A stretch of DNA of 37,315 nucleotides from a bacterium (GTDB taxonomy: Bacteria > Pseudomonadota > Alphaproteobacteria > Rs-D84). Shown here piece by piece: positions 15,884 to 24,239 of the stretch. The number at the start of each line of letters is the position of its first letter. The first letter of the stretch is position 1. The translations under genes and the position numbers were made by a program. The stretch spans positions 1 through 37,315 of the forward strand of contig JAAVBR010000007.1 of NCBI GenBank assembly GCA_014802705.1, in the 5' to 3' direction. The notes under the pieces were generated by a model. The model had not been told where the DNA came from. It did not search any database and saw only the letters and a list, made by a program, of their open reading frames with translations.

Positions 15884-16687
15884 ATGGGGGACGTTATGAA
15901 TGACGACGAGAATTTAGATTTATTAGACCTGGACGATGATGCATCGCTGGATACGTTGCCGGATGCCGCGCCCTTTGCCAGCCCGCGCCCGAAAAAGCCG
16001 TGGCTGTTGCTGGGGGTGACGTTGGGGGTTATTGTCTTGGTGACGGTGGTGGTTATTCGGATGATTGGATCCGATTCGTCATCGACGATTGAAATCGATT
16101 TGGATGCGCCGGCGGTGGTGACATTGGATACGTCCGTGCCGGGTCCCCAACCGGGGCCTGTTGCGGTGCCGGATACGTCTGTGGTGCCGGGGCCCGCGCC
16201 CAAGAATCCGCCCAAGCCTGTCCCGGCCGAAACGGTAACACCGAAACCTGCGCCGACACCGGCGCCCGCCCCGGATGCGTCTAAGCCGACGCCCGGCATG
16301 CCGGTTCGCGTGGTGGAACCGCGGCGTGATAACGTGACCTTTAACCCCGATAAACCGGCGGCCAAACCCGCCCCGCGTCCGGAATCGAAAAAGCCGGCCG
16401 CGGCCCCGAAAAAGCCCGCCCCCAAACCCCAGGTGGCCCCCAAGAACGCATGGTATGTGCAGTTTGGGTCGTACAGCACCCGCGGGGCGGCGGAAAATGC
16501 CGAACGCCAGATTCGCCGGGCACACAGTGGTCTGTTCGGGGACCAGCAATTTGTGATCTTGGCGGCGGTGCTGAACAACGGGACGACGACGTATCGGTTG
16601 CGGATGGTGTTCCCGGATTCGGCGTCGGCCAACGGATTTTGCCGCAATGCCAAATCGGATGGTCTGGATTGCTATGTCGCGAAATAA
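15884..16687 (+). CDS. SPOR domain protein (TM anchor, Pro/Ala/Lys-rich linker, C-terminal SPOR)
   Basis: The C-terminus WYVQFGSYSTRGAAENAERQIRR...YRLRMVFPDSASANGFC is SPOR-like. TM segment WLLLGVTLGVIVLVTVVVI. An alternative start at ATG 15896 is preceded by GGGGGA. Confidence 0.8.
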   Translation: MGDVMNDDENLDLLDLDDDASLDTLPDAAPFASPRPKKPWLLLGVTLGVIVLVTVVVIRMIGSDSSSTIEIDLDAPAVVTLDTSVPGPQPGPVAVPDTSVVPGPAPKNPPKPVPAETVTPKPAPTPAPAPDASKPTPGMPVRVVEPRRDNVTFNPDKPAAKPAPRPESKKPAAAPKKPAPKPQVAPKNAWYVQFGSYSTRGAAENAERQIRRAHSGLFGDQQFVILAAVLNNGTTTYRLRMVFPDSASANGFCRNAKSDGLDCYVAK

Positions 16688-16699
16688 AGGAAACCAAAG

Positions 16700-16927
16700 A
16701 TGAGAGCAGGATTTTGGGAAATTGTTTTAATTGTCGTGTTGGTCTTGATTTTGTTCGGCCATAACAAGATTCCGGGTTTGATGAAAAATCTGGCCAATGG
16801 GATCAATGTGTTTAAGAAAGAAATCAAGGACACCAAAGATGGCGCCCGTGCGGCCGTGCAAAAGGGGGCCGTGGCCCACGAAAAACGGATGGCCGCCAAA
16901 AAGAAAGCCGCCGCGCCCAAGAAATAA
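16700..16927 (+). CDS. tatA: twin-arginine translocase subunit TatA/E
   Basis: N-terminal TM segment plus amphipathic helix FWEIVLIVVLVLILFGHNKIPGLMKNLANGINVFKKE. 75 aa. Confidence 0.85.
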   Translation: MRAGFWEIVLIVVLVLILFGHNKIPGLMKNLANGINVFKKEIKDTKDGARAAVQKGAVAHEKRMAAKKKAAAPKK

Positions 16928-16954
16928 AAAATCCCGGGGATCACCGGGATTTTT
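16928..16954 (+). terminator. rho-independent terminator after tatA (also the left end of cassette copy 2)
   Basis: AATCCCGG-GGATCA-CCGGGATT followed by TTT. Confidence 0.7.
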
Positions 16955-16958
16955 CATG

Positions 16959-16987
16959 TTGCACGAAACGGCGCAATCGGTTATAAT
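16959..16987 (+). promoter_or_regulatory. sigma70-type promoter of cassette copy 2
   Basis: TTGCAC, 17-nt spacer, TATAAT. Confidence 0.6.
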
Positions 16988-17097
16988 CCGTGGGGTAGAG
17001 GGCGAAAATACTATGCCTAATCCAAAGGGACGTTTGCATACGACAAAATTCCCAACAAAAAAATCCCCAATTTCCGCATATTTTAACCCCTCGTTTT

Positions 17098-17781
17098 ATG
17101 CCTAATCCAAACGTCGGTTTGTTTTCGGCACCGACATATGCCGCCACAGATGCTTTGACGGATTATCCGAACATCTACACGTGTCGGACTTGGCAATTTT
17201 TTTGGTCTAAATTGTCTGAGGCTTTACACACCTATGATACCACCAGTGGAAATGTAGACAATATGTCCACGACAATTTTTAGTACAATCTTTAATCAGGT
17301 CAGAGAGGATATTTATAAAAATTATACCCAATATACATTTGAGGGGTGGTCGTTGTCGCAGCCAGCTGTCAGCTATCTTTATGCGAAATTAAGTACCGGC
17401 GAAATTGCCAAGGAATTGTACGACACCTATGGGCCAAAAGGAATCTGGTCTTATCCCTACTGCCCAGATCCGGTTTATAAAGATCCGCATTTTAAATCAA
17501 CGGCCACCTTTTGTGGTTGTGATGCCATGATAAAGACCGCGATGTTGGATGGGGAACCGTTGAGCCAACGAGCCTTGCAATGTATATGCAAAGCGGGATA
17601 TTATGGCGTTTTAAACCTGACCGATGCGACCACAACAGGATGTTTGGCCTGTCCGGCGTCTGGGACCAGTGTGGCCGGTCAGAACACAACGATCGCGGAT
17701 TGTTATATTGATCCGGGGGATAGCCATACGGATGCCACGGGGACATGGGAACCCATCAATAAATGTTATTATTCGCAATAG
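17098..17781 (+). CDS. Cys-rich protein family member 2 (MPNPNVGL N-terminus, ephrin-receptor-like C-terminal module)
   Basis: MPNPNVGLFSA... leads to ...CICKAGYYGVLNLTDATTTGCLACPASGTSVAGQNTTIADCYIDPGDSHTDATGTWEPINKCYYSQ. The gene is visibly AT-richer than its neighbours. Confidence 0.7.
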   Translation: MPNPNVGLFSAPTYAATDALTDYPNIYTCRTWQFFWSKLSEALHTYDTTSGNVDNMSTTIFSTIFNQVREDIYKNYTQYTFEGWSLSQPAVSYLYAKLSTGEIAKELYDTYGPKGIWSYPYCPDPVYKDPHFKSTATFCGCDAMIKTAMLDGEPLSQRALQCICKAGYYGVLNLTDATTTGCLACPASGTSVAGQNTTIADCYIDPGDSHTDATGTWEPINKCYYSQ

Positions 17782-17981
17782 GGGGCAGTTGTCTGGGCCA
17801 AAATCCACACGCGCAGGGCAGAGGATAAGTTGCGGCGCCCGCGGGTGGCATCAATATCGGCAATGATGGATGCCACCGATCGGCCGCGTGCCGCGGCAAT
17901 CCGGCGCAGGGCGTCGATAAATTCTGGTTCCAGCGACAGACTGGTTTGATGTCCCGACAAAGAAACAGATATTTTTTGCAT
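17769..17981 (-). CDS. ribbon-helix-helix (RHH_4-type) protein
   Basis: ISVSLSGHQTSLSLEPEFIDALRRIAAARGRSVASIIADID....RRNLSSALRVWIL matches the alphaproteobacterial RHH_4 pattern. The internal start MQKIS at 17981 is preferred. Confidence 0.7.
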   Translation of the reverse strand: MQKISVSLSGHQTSLSLEPEFIDALRRIAAARGRSVASIIADIDATRGRRNLSSALRVWILAQTTAPYCE

Positions 17982-17983
17982 CG

Positions 17984-18418
17984 TTAAATCTGGCCCACCG
18001 CCATGCAATCGGTCATCGCGCGATAGGGGTCGTCGTATTGCCGCAAAACCTTTAAGGTCAGGTTATCCAGCATATAGCACACGCCAAACGCATCGAACGC
18101 AAACCAAAACAGATTGTTGCGGGCAAAGACCGTTTTGCCCCGCATGGTATCCATGTCTGCGATTTCTTCGTTGATTTGCATGATGCTGGGGATCGGAAAA
18201 CCCAATCCCACCGGGGTGTCCGTTGGACCAAAGATCGCGGCGCATCCCAATTCCATGCCGCCCGCCATCGCGTATAAATCGCGCATAAAGGCCGGCAACA
18301 TGGCCGCCCGGATTTGCATCAACCGGGCGTTTGCCAATTGGATGGCGCTGTCATCCGCCGGCGCGCCGACTGTGGCGCCGTGTTTTTTGATCAAGGTTAA
18401 AAAGGCATCTGGTGTCAT
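17984..18418 (-). CDS. SMI1/KNR4 (SUKH-1)-like protein, possible immunity protein
   Basis: A pattern I..A...L......LP.F...LY...GG... followed by NNLFWFAFDAFGVCYMLD resembles the SUKH-1 core. This is a by-eye call. Confidence 0.5.
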   Translation of the reverse strand: MTPDAFLTLIKKHGATVGAPADDSAIQLANARLMQIRAAMLPAFMRDLYAMAGGMELGCAAIFGPTDTPVGLGFPIPSIMQINEEIADMDTMRGKTVFARNNLFWFAFDAFGVCYMLDNLTLKVLRQYDDPYRAMTDCMAVGQI

Positions 18419-18433
18419 ATTATCGTTTCCCCG

Positions 18434-18940
18434 TTATTCCATACCGCGCGATGATGCGATTTGCGCCGCCATCTGGGCCAGGCGATCTTCGGTGGCGTTG
18501 CCCCCGGTGCCGCCACTGGCGGTGTGGGCCGGGACATAGATCTTTTTCACGGGATTGGGCAACCATATTTGTTTGGCCCCGTTTTGTTCAATAATAAATC
18601 GGTCCATATTATGGCTGTGCGGGAATGTGCGGCACATAAACATATTCGACGGATCAATCGCGCCGCCCCATGTGATGGGTACACGCGTGCGCACGCACAG
18701 ATTGACCGGCATTCGTCGGCCCATCAACAGGTCGGTAAATTCCGTCTGGGACAGGCCCAGGAACGCAATCTCTTCGATCGAATCGGTCAGGGATTGAATA
18801 AACGCACGTCGCGCCGCGCGATATTTGGGAAACCAATCGGCCGCGACCGGCGCCGATATCGGGGTAAATTCCATCAGGGGCATATCATCCATCCCCAGGG
18901 CGGCGATCCGTTGTTCGGCAGATGTTTTGGTCCATTCCAT
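18434..18940 (-). CDS. hypothetical protein with degenerate HNH/colicin-DNase-like motif
   Basis: RTRVPITWGGAIDPSNMFMCRTFPHSHNMD aligns with colicin E7/E9 HH.KPISQ.GGVYDMDNI.V.TPKRHIDIH (PI..GG, the N, and an H nine residues after N). The leading HH is replaced by VR. Confidence 0.35.
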   Translation of the reverse strand: MEWTKTSAEQRIAALGMDDMPLMEFTPISAPVAADWFPKYRAARRAFIQSLTDSIEEIAFLGLSQTEFTDLLMGRRMPVNLCVRTRVPITWGGAIDPSNMFMCRTFPHSHNMDRFIIEQNGAKQIWLPNPVKKIYVPAHTASGGTGGNATEDRLAQMAAQIASSRGME

Positions 18941-18954
18941 CGGGTGTCCCCCAC

Positions 18955-19854
18955 TTACATTTTATTCAGGTAATTGACCACCGTGTCGATATATTCGCCA
19001 TAGGCGTTAAAGTCTTCTATCGCATCCGTTGCGATAACCATTGCCGGGTGCGTCGCCATATAATCGCGCAGGGCATCGACCGTTTCAAAGACCAAAATAC
19101 CATCATCGTCGCGGTGGTCGTCGGCGCGGCCCACGATAAAGGCATGGATATGAATTTGAATGTCATCCAGGGTGTCGGTAAAGACAGAATTTAAGCGATC
19201 CACGGCCGCCGTCATGCGTGACGCGGGGGTATCCACCGCCCCCATCCACAGATTTTCGCCCCCACCAATGGCAAACACAGCAGGGCGCAGGCCCGCCATA
19301 CGGGGTGAATCCTTGATCGTGTATCCGGCGTCGGTAAAGATACGGCGGATGTCTTCAAAGTCACCGGCCGCGGTCGGGGTCGGATTCGGGATTGGGGCCG
19401 GGCCGGCATTGGCCGGGGCGGCGGGTGCCGGGGATACCGGCGTGGTGGTCACGGCGCCCAAATTTAACCGGGGCGGCCGCGGGGGCGCGGGCGTCGTTTG
19501 GGGCGGTGTCGCCGGGGGAACGGCCGCGGGCAAATCAATGCGCGACGCGTCCGGGGCAGAATTTCCCTGCCGTTCGGCGGCCATTTTTTCGGCGATGGCC
19601 CGCCGCATGCGCCGCCGGCGCGGCACGATCAGCAGATACAATCCCCCGATTCCGATCACCACCACCAGCACCAGCGAGATGTAAAACAGCGGCTGCACCG
19701 GTGTGCCGGCGGCCTGGATCTGACCCAGATAGCGCCAGTGGCCGCCACTGAAAATATTAAACCCGAATTTGGTGTTAAACCAAAATCCCGCCCCCAGCGC
19801 CAGCGTTAGCGCCCACAACAGGCCCAATAAAAGAGAATCTATTTGTCGTTTCAT
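18955..19854 (-). CDS. hypothetical membrane protein (2 TM, Pro-rich linker, globular C-terminal domain)
   Basis: TM segments LLLGLLWALTLALGAGFWF and LFYISLVLVVVIGIGGLYLLIV, then a RRRRMRR stop-transfer and a PAPP-rich linker. It is the first gene of a tightly spaced minus-strand operon. Confidence 0.55.
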   Translation of the reverse strand: MKRQIDSLLLGLLWALTLALGAGFWFNTKFGFNIFSGGHWRYLGQIQAAGTPVQPLFYISLVLVVVIGIGGLYLLIVPRRRRMRRAIAEKMAAERQGNSAPDASRIDLPAAVPPATPPQTTPAPPRPPRLNLGAVTTTPVSPAPAAPANAGPAPIPNPTPTAAGDFEDIRRIFTDAGYTIKDSPRMAGLRPAVFAIGGGENLWMGAVDTPASRMTAAVDRLNSVFTDTLDDIQIHIHAFIVGRADDHRDDDGILVFETVDALRDYMATHPAMVIATDAIEDFNAYGEYIDTVVNYLNKM

Positions 19855-19898
19855 TTGTTTTTCATTCTATCACATTTTTATGATAAAGTGAAAAGCAA

Positions 19899-20555
19899 AT
19901 GATAACAGATGAAGGCTTTTTAGAGGGGGCAACGCCCGGCCTGTGGGTGGGGAATGGGGTGGACCCCAGTGACCTGGCCGGGGCGGCCGCCATTGCGAGC
20001 GCACGGGGCATCGGGGGGATTTCGGCGCCGGCGTCGGCGATGGGGACCCTGTGGCCGTGGGTGGAACGGTCGCCCATCGTGTTACAGGCGCGTATCCCGG
20101 CCCAGCGTGTGGGGGATGCGGCTGCGACCATTACCGCCGCGTTCAAGCATGGCGCGTCCAGTGCCCAAATTTTATTGCCGGCCAAAAAATTCGGATCGTT
20201 TGTGGATGAACTGTGCCCCATTCGGGATGATCTGTTTTTTAACAAAGAATTGATTTTGGGATTGGCATTAAATGACATGGATCCGTTGTCCTGGGCGGAT
20301 GTGTTCGACGGGGTGCGCCGCGTGCGGGCGGACGGATTATTGTTGGACGCGACGGGGGATATGCCGGACTTTGTGGGCCGGATCTTTGGGATGCTGGACG
20401 CGTGGGACGATGCGTTTGACGGGGCGTTACAGATCTGGGCCGATCATGATGGGGCGCGGATGGAACAGGCGGTGCGTCTGATCCAAAAAATGCGGCCCCG
20501 CGTCTTAGGCCGCACGTGTGTGTTTATGAGTCCCGCGACAATATCAGATATTTAA
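19899..20555 (+). CDS. hypothetical protein
   Basis: The longest ORF in this interval, divergent from 19854. No motif was recognised. Confidence 0.4.
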   Translation: MITDEGFLEGATPGLWVGNGVDPSDLAGAAAIASARGIGGISAPASAMGTLWPWVERSPIVLQARIPAQRVGDAAATITAAFKHGASSAQILLPAKKFGSFVDELCPIRDDLFFNKELILGLALNDMDPLSWADVFDGVRRVRADGLLLDATGDMPDFVGRIFGMLDAWDDAFDGALQIWADHDGARMEQAVRLIQKMRPRVLGRTCVFMSPATISDI

Positions 20556-21153
20556 CCGCCGGTGTGCCCGCCATATTTTTGCGACAATACCGCGTTTGAA
20601 TGGTTTCAAAATCCGCAGATTCCATGCGCATAGACGTGTTTTTAATCTGATCCACAATCCAATCAAAATAGTCCCAATGATCGGTGCCGATGATGATGCG
20701 GCCCCGGGGGGCCAGGTGGACCGACAGCATTTGAATAAATTCGGCCTGTAACAGGCGCCGCTTTTCATGCCGTGCCTTGGGCCAGGGGTCCGGGTGCAGA
20801 ATCCAGATCTGATCAAATTGATAGGTGTGGTTTTTCAGCAATAACCGCACATCGTCCGGGTAGATGCGGATATTTTTGTATTCATCCCGCACCGTATCGG
20901 TCGCGGCATCTGTGATGGCGGACAGCAAACTCGCCACCCCATTCATAAAGGGTTCGGCCCCGATGATGATTTTGTCGGGGTGGTGCAGGGCCAATTCGCG
21001 GACATGTTCCCCCGCGCCAAAGCCGATTTCCAAAATATCGGCCGCATTCCCCGGCGCGATGCGCGGCAACAGGTCGCGGATCAAGTGATCCTGGCGGGCG
21101 GACAATTTTTTGCCGTGCCGCCGCCCAAAAGTTCTTATTTCTTGTTTTTCCAT
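20524..21153 (-). CDS. trmB: tRNA (guanine46-N7)-methyltransferase
   Basis: SAM motif EIGFGAGEH, HPDPWPKARHEKRRL, and the expected length and order of motifs. Confidence 0.88.
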   Translation of the reverse strand: MEKQEIRTFGRRHGKKLSARQDHLIRDLLPRIAPGNAADILEIGFGAGEHVRELALHHPDKIIIGAEPFMNGVASLLSAITDAATDTVRDEYKNIRIYPDDVRLLLKNHTYQFDQIWILHPDPWPKARHEKRRLLQAEFIQMLSVHLAPRGRIIIGTDHWDYFDWIVDQIKNTSMRMESADFETIQTRYCRKNMAGTPAVKYLILSRDS

Positions 21154-21199
21154 ATATTTAGTTTAAAATGTGTTGGATCAGAAAACAAGGTAAAAGAAT

Positions 21200-22774
21200 A
21201 TGAGACAAGGTTTATCAGCGGATTTAATTGCACGTGTCTTGGGGGCGGCGCCAAAGTATACGTTGGCGGAATTAGAGGCAAAATTTCCCCCACGCAATTT
21301 GCCCGATGGGGCATTCGTGACACGTTTCGCGCCGAGTCCCACGGGGATGATGCACTTGGGCGGCCTCTACGGGGCGTTGATTGATTGCAAATTGGCGCAA
21401 ACGACAAACGGTGTCTTTATGCTGCGGATCGAAGATACCGACACCAAGCGCGAGGTGGCCGACGCCGTCGATATTATCAAAAAATCGCTGGATAAATTTG
21501 GCTTGGCATACAACAACGATCCGGTGTACGGCCCGTATTATCAATCGATGCGGCGCGATATTTATCATTCGGTGGCGGCGGATTTATTGGCGCGGGGCTT
21601 GGCCTATCCGTGTTTTTTAACCGGGGACGATATGGAACGTATCCGGGATAATCAAAAGGCGGCGGGTTTTCCCACCGGGATATACGGCGAATTTGCGCGG
21701 GATCGCGATTTGACCGACGACGAAATCATGGCGCACCTGGATGCCGGGGACACGCCGACCATCCGTCTGTATTCGACCGGCAATCCCGAAAATAAAATAT
21801 TCTGTAAAGACGTGGTGCGTGGATCCATCGGGTTCCCGGAAAATAACGAAGATCTGGTCTTGATCAAATCCAATGACGGTCTGCCGACGTATCACTTTGC
21901 GCACTTGGTGGACGACCACTTTATGCGCACGACGCATGTGGTGCGCGGCGAAGAATGGTTGCCGTCGTTCCCGCTGCATGTGCAACTGTTCCGCATGATG
22001 GGGTGGAACGCGCCGAATTATATTCATACGTCGACCATTGATAAAATTGATGATGAGACGGGCAAGCAACGCAAATTATCCAAGCGCAAAGATCCCGAGG
22101 CCAACGTGGATTTCTTTATCCGCGATGGGTGGCCGGTGGATGCCGTGATGGAATATCTGTTTAATATCGCGGCGTCGGGATATGAAGAGGCGAAAACCAA
22201 AGGCGCCGTGAAAACCATTTGGGAATATGACATGCGACCCAAAAAGATTCCGATGTCGGGCGCGCTGTTTGATATGAAGAAACTGGAATGGTGGGCGCGT
22301 GAATTTATCGCGACGCTGCCGGTCGACGCATTGGTGGATCGCGTTGTTGCCTGGGCAAACGAATATAGCGACGAACATCAGAAAATGCAGGTGGCGGACA
22401 CAGCGTATCTCTCCGCGGTGCTGGGCATTGAACGCGATAACCCCAAACGCATCCGCAAAGACTTTATCACATGGCGCCAGACGCTGGAAACCGTGGCATT
22501 TTTCTGGGACGACCTGTATATACCGAACACCGAATTTGAATACAATCGGGACGCGTTACGGGAATTTTTGGCCGTCTATGATGCGGGGGATGATAAAGAC
22601 GCATGGTGGAATAAAGTCGTGGCGATTGCCGAAAAGTTGGGCATTAAAAATGGCGACGTGGCGATGAACCTGCGCGTGGCATTATCGGGCCGCACCAACA
22701 CACCGGATTTGTATTCGATGATGACGGTGATGGGCGCGGCGCGCGTTCAACAAAGGATAAAGAATGTTCTTTAA
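21200..22774 (+). CDS. gltX: glutamate--tRNA ligase (class I, GluRS-type)
   Basis: HIGH-type TRFAPSPTGMMHLGG, RIEDTD, VVRGEEWLPSFPLHVQL, and KMSKS-type KLSKRK. A C-terminal helical domain is present. Confidence 0.85.
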   Translation: MRQGLSADLIARVLGAAPKYTLAELEAKFPPRNLPDGAFVTRFAPSPTGMMHLGGLYGALIDCKLAQTTNGVFMLRIEDTDTKREVADAVDIIKKSLDKFGLAYNNDPVYGPYYQSMRRDIYHSVAADLLARGLAYPCFLTGDDMERIRDNQKAAGFPTGIYGEFARDRDLTDDEIMAHLDAGDTPTIRLYSTGNPENKIFCKDVVRGSIGFPENNEDLVLIKSNDGLPTYHFAHLVDDHFMRTTHVVRGEEWLPSFPLHVQLFRMMGWNAPNYIHTSTIDKIDDETGKQRKLSKRKDPEANVDFFIRDGWPVDAVMEYLFNIAASGYEEAKTKGAVKTIWEYDMRPKKIPMSGALFDMKKLEWWAREFIATLPVDALVDRVVAWANEYSDEHQKMQVADTAYLSAVLGIERDNPKRIRKDFITWRQTLETVAFFWDDLYIPNTEFEYNRDALREFLAVYDAGDDKDAWWNKVVAIAEKLGIKNGDVAMNLRVALSGRTNTPDLYSMMTVMGAARVQQRIKNVL

Positions 22775-23459
22775 GCCGAACTTTGATTTATACCGATTCC
22801 AAGACGATGTGTCGTCCCATCTGACAATACCGCGGTCACCCTTTGTCGCGGTATTTCGCCGTGGGGGCAAAACACTGGTTTATTTGTGTGATCGGCATCG
22901 CATCAATCGGTCGTTTGATATGGTGGATTGGGTGTTTGACCAATCGTCACTTCCCCGGCCGGATGTTTTCTTGGTGGAAAAGGAAAATGATCACCCGGGC
23001 AATGTCGGAACGTGCAACGATAATTCAATGTTCTATGCGGCGGCCCGCGCGACAGAGCGGGACATTCCCGTTGTCTTTGCCGATTTATCAGAAGATCAAA
23101 TGTTGGCGGTTTTGGCGGCGCGTTTCCCGGGGGTGAATTTTTCGTCCCGCCGGTTACATCAAATTTTAAAGGGTGGCCCCATCCGGTCGCGTGGGGTGGA
23201 TGGCGAAATGGATATCGATTTGAATCGGTACGGACGCGATAAATTTATGATGGAAAATATTGCCGCGGCCCTGAATCAATATGACACGGTCTGGGGCATA
23301 TTTGGCGCCGGGCACTTTCGGGCCCAAGAATCGATGCTGACCGACATGTTGGGGGCGCCGGAATATATGGACCGGATTCCCAATATGCGGCGGGATTTCG
23401 GGCGTATGGAAATTAAACCGATAAAATTGATTGATTTTGATATGGGGGATGAAAAATGA
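22764..23459 (+). CDS. hypothetical protein (weak TraB/GumN/Tiki-like GxxH hint)
   Basis: RDKFMMENI...VWGIFGAGH resembles the TraB/Tiki family. This is a very tentative call. Its start overlaps the gltX stop and its stop overlaps the hlyIII start (ATGA). Confidence 0.4.
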   Translation: MFFKPNFDLYRFQDDVSSHLTIPRSPFVAVFRRGGKTLVYLCDRHRINRSFDMVDWVFDQSSLPRPDVFLVEKENDHPGNVGTCNDNSMFYAAARATERDIPVVFADLSEDQMLAVLAARFPGVNFSSRRLHQILKGGPIRSRGVDGEMDIDLNRYGRDKFMMENIAAALNQYDTVWGIFGAGHFRAQESMLTDMLGAPEYMDRIPNMRRDFGRMEIKPIKLIDFDMGDEK

Positions 23460-24202
23460 CGAAAACGAAAAAACAGGTTAAAACAAAATTAAAGGCGGTG
23501 AAACGTGATTCGCACGCCATGCAGATCTTGAAAGTTTTGCGGGCGACAGGCGTGTTTCGTTGGGAACGCCCCAGTACCCGTTCTGAGGAGGTGTTAAACA
23601 TCCTGACCCACGGGATCGGCATCGGGATTGCGATGGCCGCCCTGGTGATCCTGGAGGTGTTTGCTGTCCTGACCCATAATGTCTGGGCGATTGTGGCGTG
23701 TGCGGTGTTTGGGCTGACCATGTTCACGCTGTATTTCGGGTCCACAATGTGCCATGCCATGATCGGACAAAAGAGCGAATGTTTTTTCGAGGTCTGGGAC
23801 AGCGTCGCCATCTATGCCTTGATTGCCGGCACATACACGCCGTTTTGTTTGGTGAATTTACGCGGGGGACTGGGGTGGACGGTGTTCGGGATCCTGTGGG
23901 CGATTGTGATTTTCGGCGCGATTATGAAAATCCGCAACCCCAAGCAGCAACCGAAATGGATGGTGGGCCTGTACCTGGTGATGGGCTGGACGCTGGTCTT
24001 TATCCTGCCTGCGATGTTGCGCGCCATATCGGCCCGCGGCATGTGGTTTATTTTGGCGGGGGGATTGTCATATTCGCTGGGGGTGATTTTCTATCTGTGG
24101 CGGCGCATGAAATATTCGCATGCGGTATGGCACCTGTTTGTGATTGGCGGGACGGTTTGTTTCTTTTTCGCCGTGCTGTTCGGATGTATTTTGGATTTTT
24201 AA
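23456..24202 (+). CDS. hemolysin III / PAQR family membrane protein
   Basis: EEVLNILTHGIGI, YALIAGTYTPF and HAVWHLFVIGG motifs, with 7 predicted TM segments. Confidence 0.88.
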   Translation: MTKTKKQVKTKLKAVKRDSHAMQILKVLRATGVFRWERPSTRSEEVLNILTHGIGIGIAMAALVILEVFAVLTHNVWAIVACAVFGLTMFTLYFGSTMCHAMIGQKSECFFEVWDSVAIYALIAGTYTPFCLVNLRGGLGWTVFGILWAIVIFGAIMKIRNPKQQPKWMVGLYLVMGWTLVFILPAMLRAISARGMWFILAGGLSYSLGVIFYLWRRMKYSHAVWHLFVIGGTVCFFFAVLFGCILDF

Positions 24203-24210
24203 AAAAGACA

Positions 24211-24239
24211 TGGATAAAATCAGCGGAACCTGATATAAT
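24211..24239 (+). promoter_or_regulatory. sigma70-type promoter of cassette copy 3
   Basis: TGGATA, 17-nt spacer, TATAAT with an extended -10 TG (TGATATAAT). Confidence 0.55.

Larger units (their letters stand above)
16928..17130 (+). repeat. conserved promoter/leader/mini-ORF cassette, copy 2
   Basis: Near-identical to copy 1. The mini-ORF 17013-17105 (30 aa) overlaps the main ATG at 17098 because the spacer is 1 nt longer. Confidence 0.9.

Noticed and set aside
16150-16450. Pro/Ala/Lys-rich coding stretches (also 19350-19560 and 35690-35900), considered as tandem DNA repeats or contingency repeats
   Set aside because: No regular nucleotide period is visible. They are low-complexity linkers of SPOR, membrane and LysM-LytM proteins.
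15379-16653. A 424-aa minus-strand ORF, the longest unexplained ORF in the track
   Set aside because: It is the antisense mirror of the SPOR gene's Pro/Ala/Lys-rich linker and of the thrS 3' end. Its composition is low-complexity Gly/Ala/Thr/Ser, with no start context and no motif. The sense-strand genes are well supported.
19862-20278. A 138-aa minus-strand ORF overlapping the hypothetical gene 19899-20555
   Set aside because: It is shorter than the plus-strand ORF and would leave no promoter space after gene 18955-19854. Neither strand has recognisable motifs, so the plus-strand call itself is only moderate confidence.
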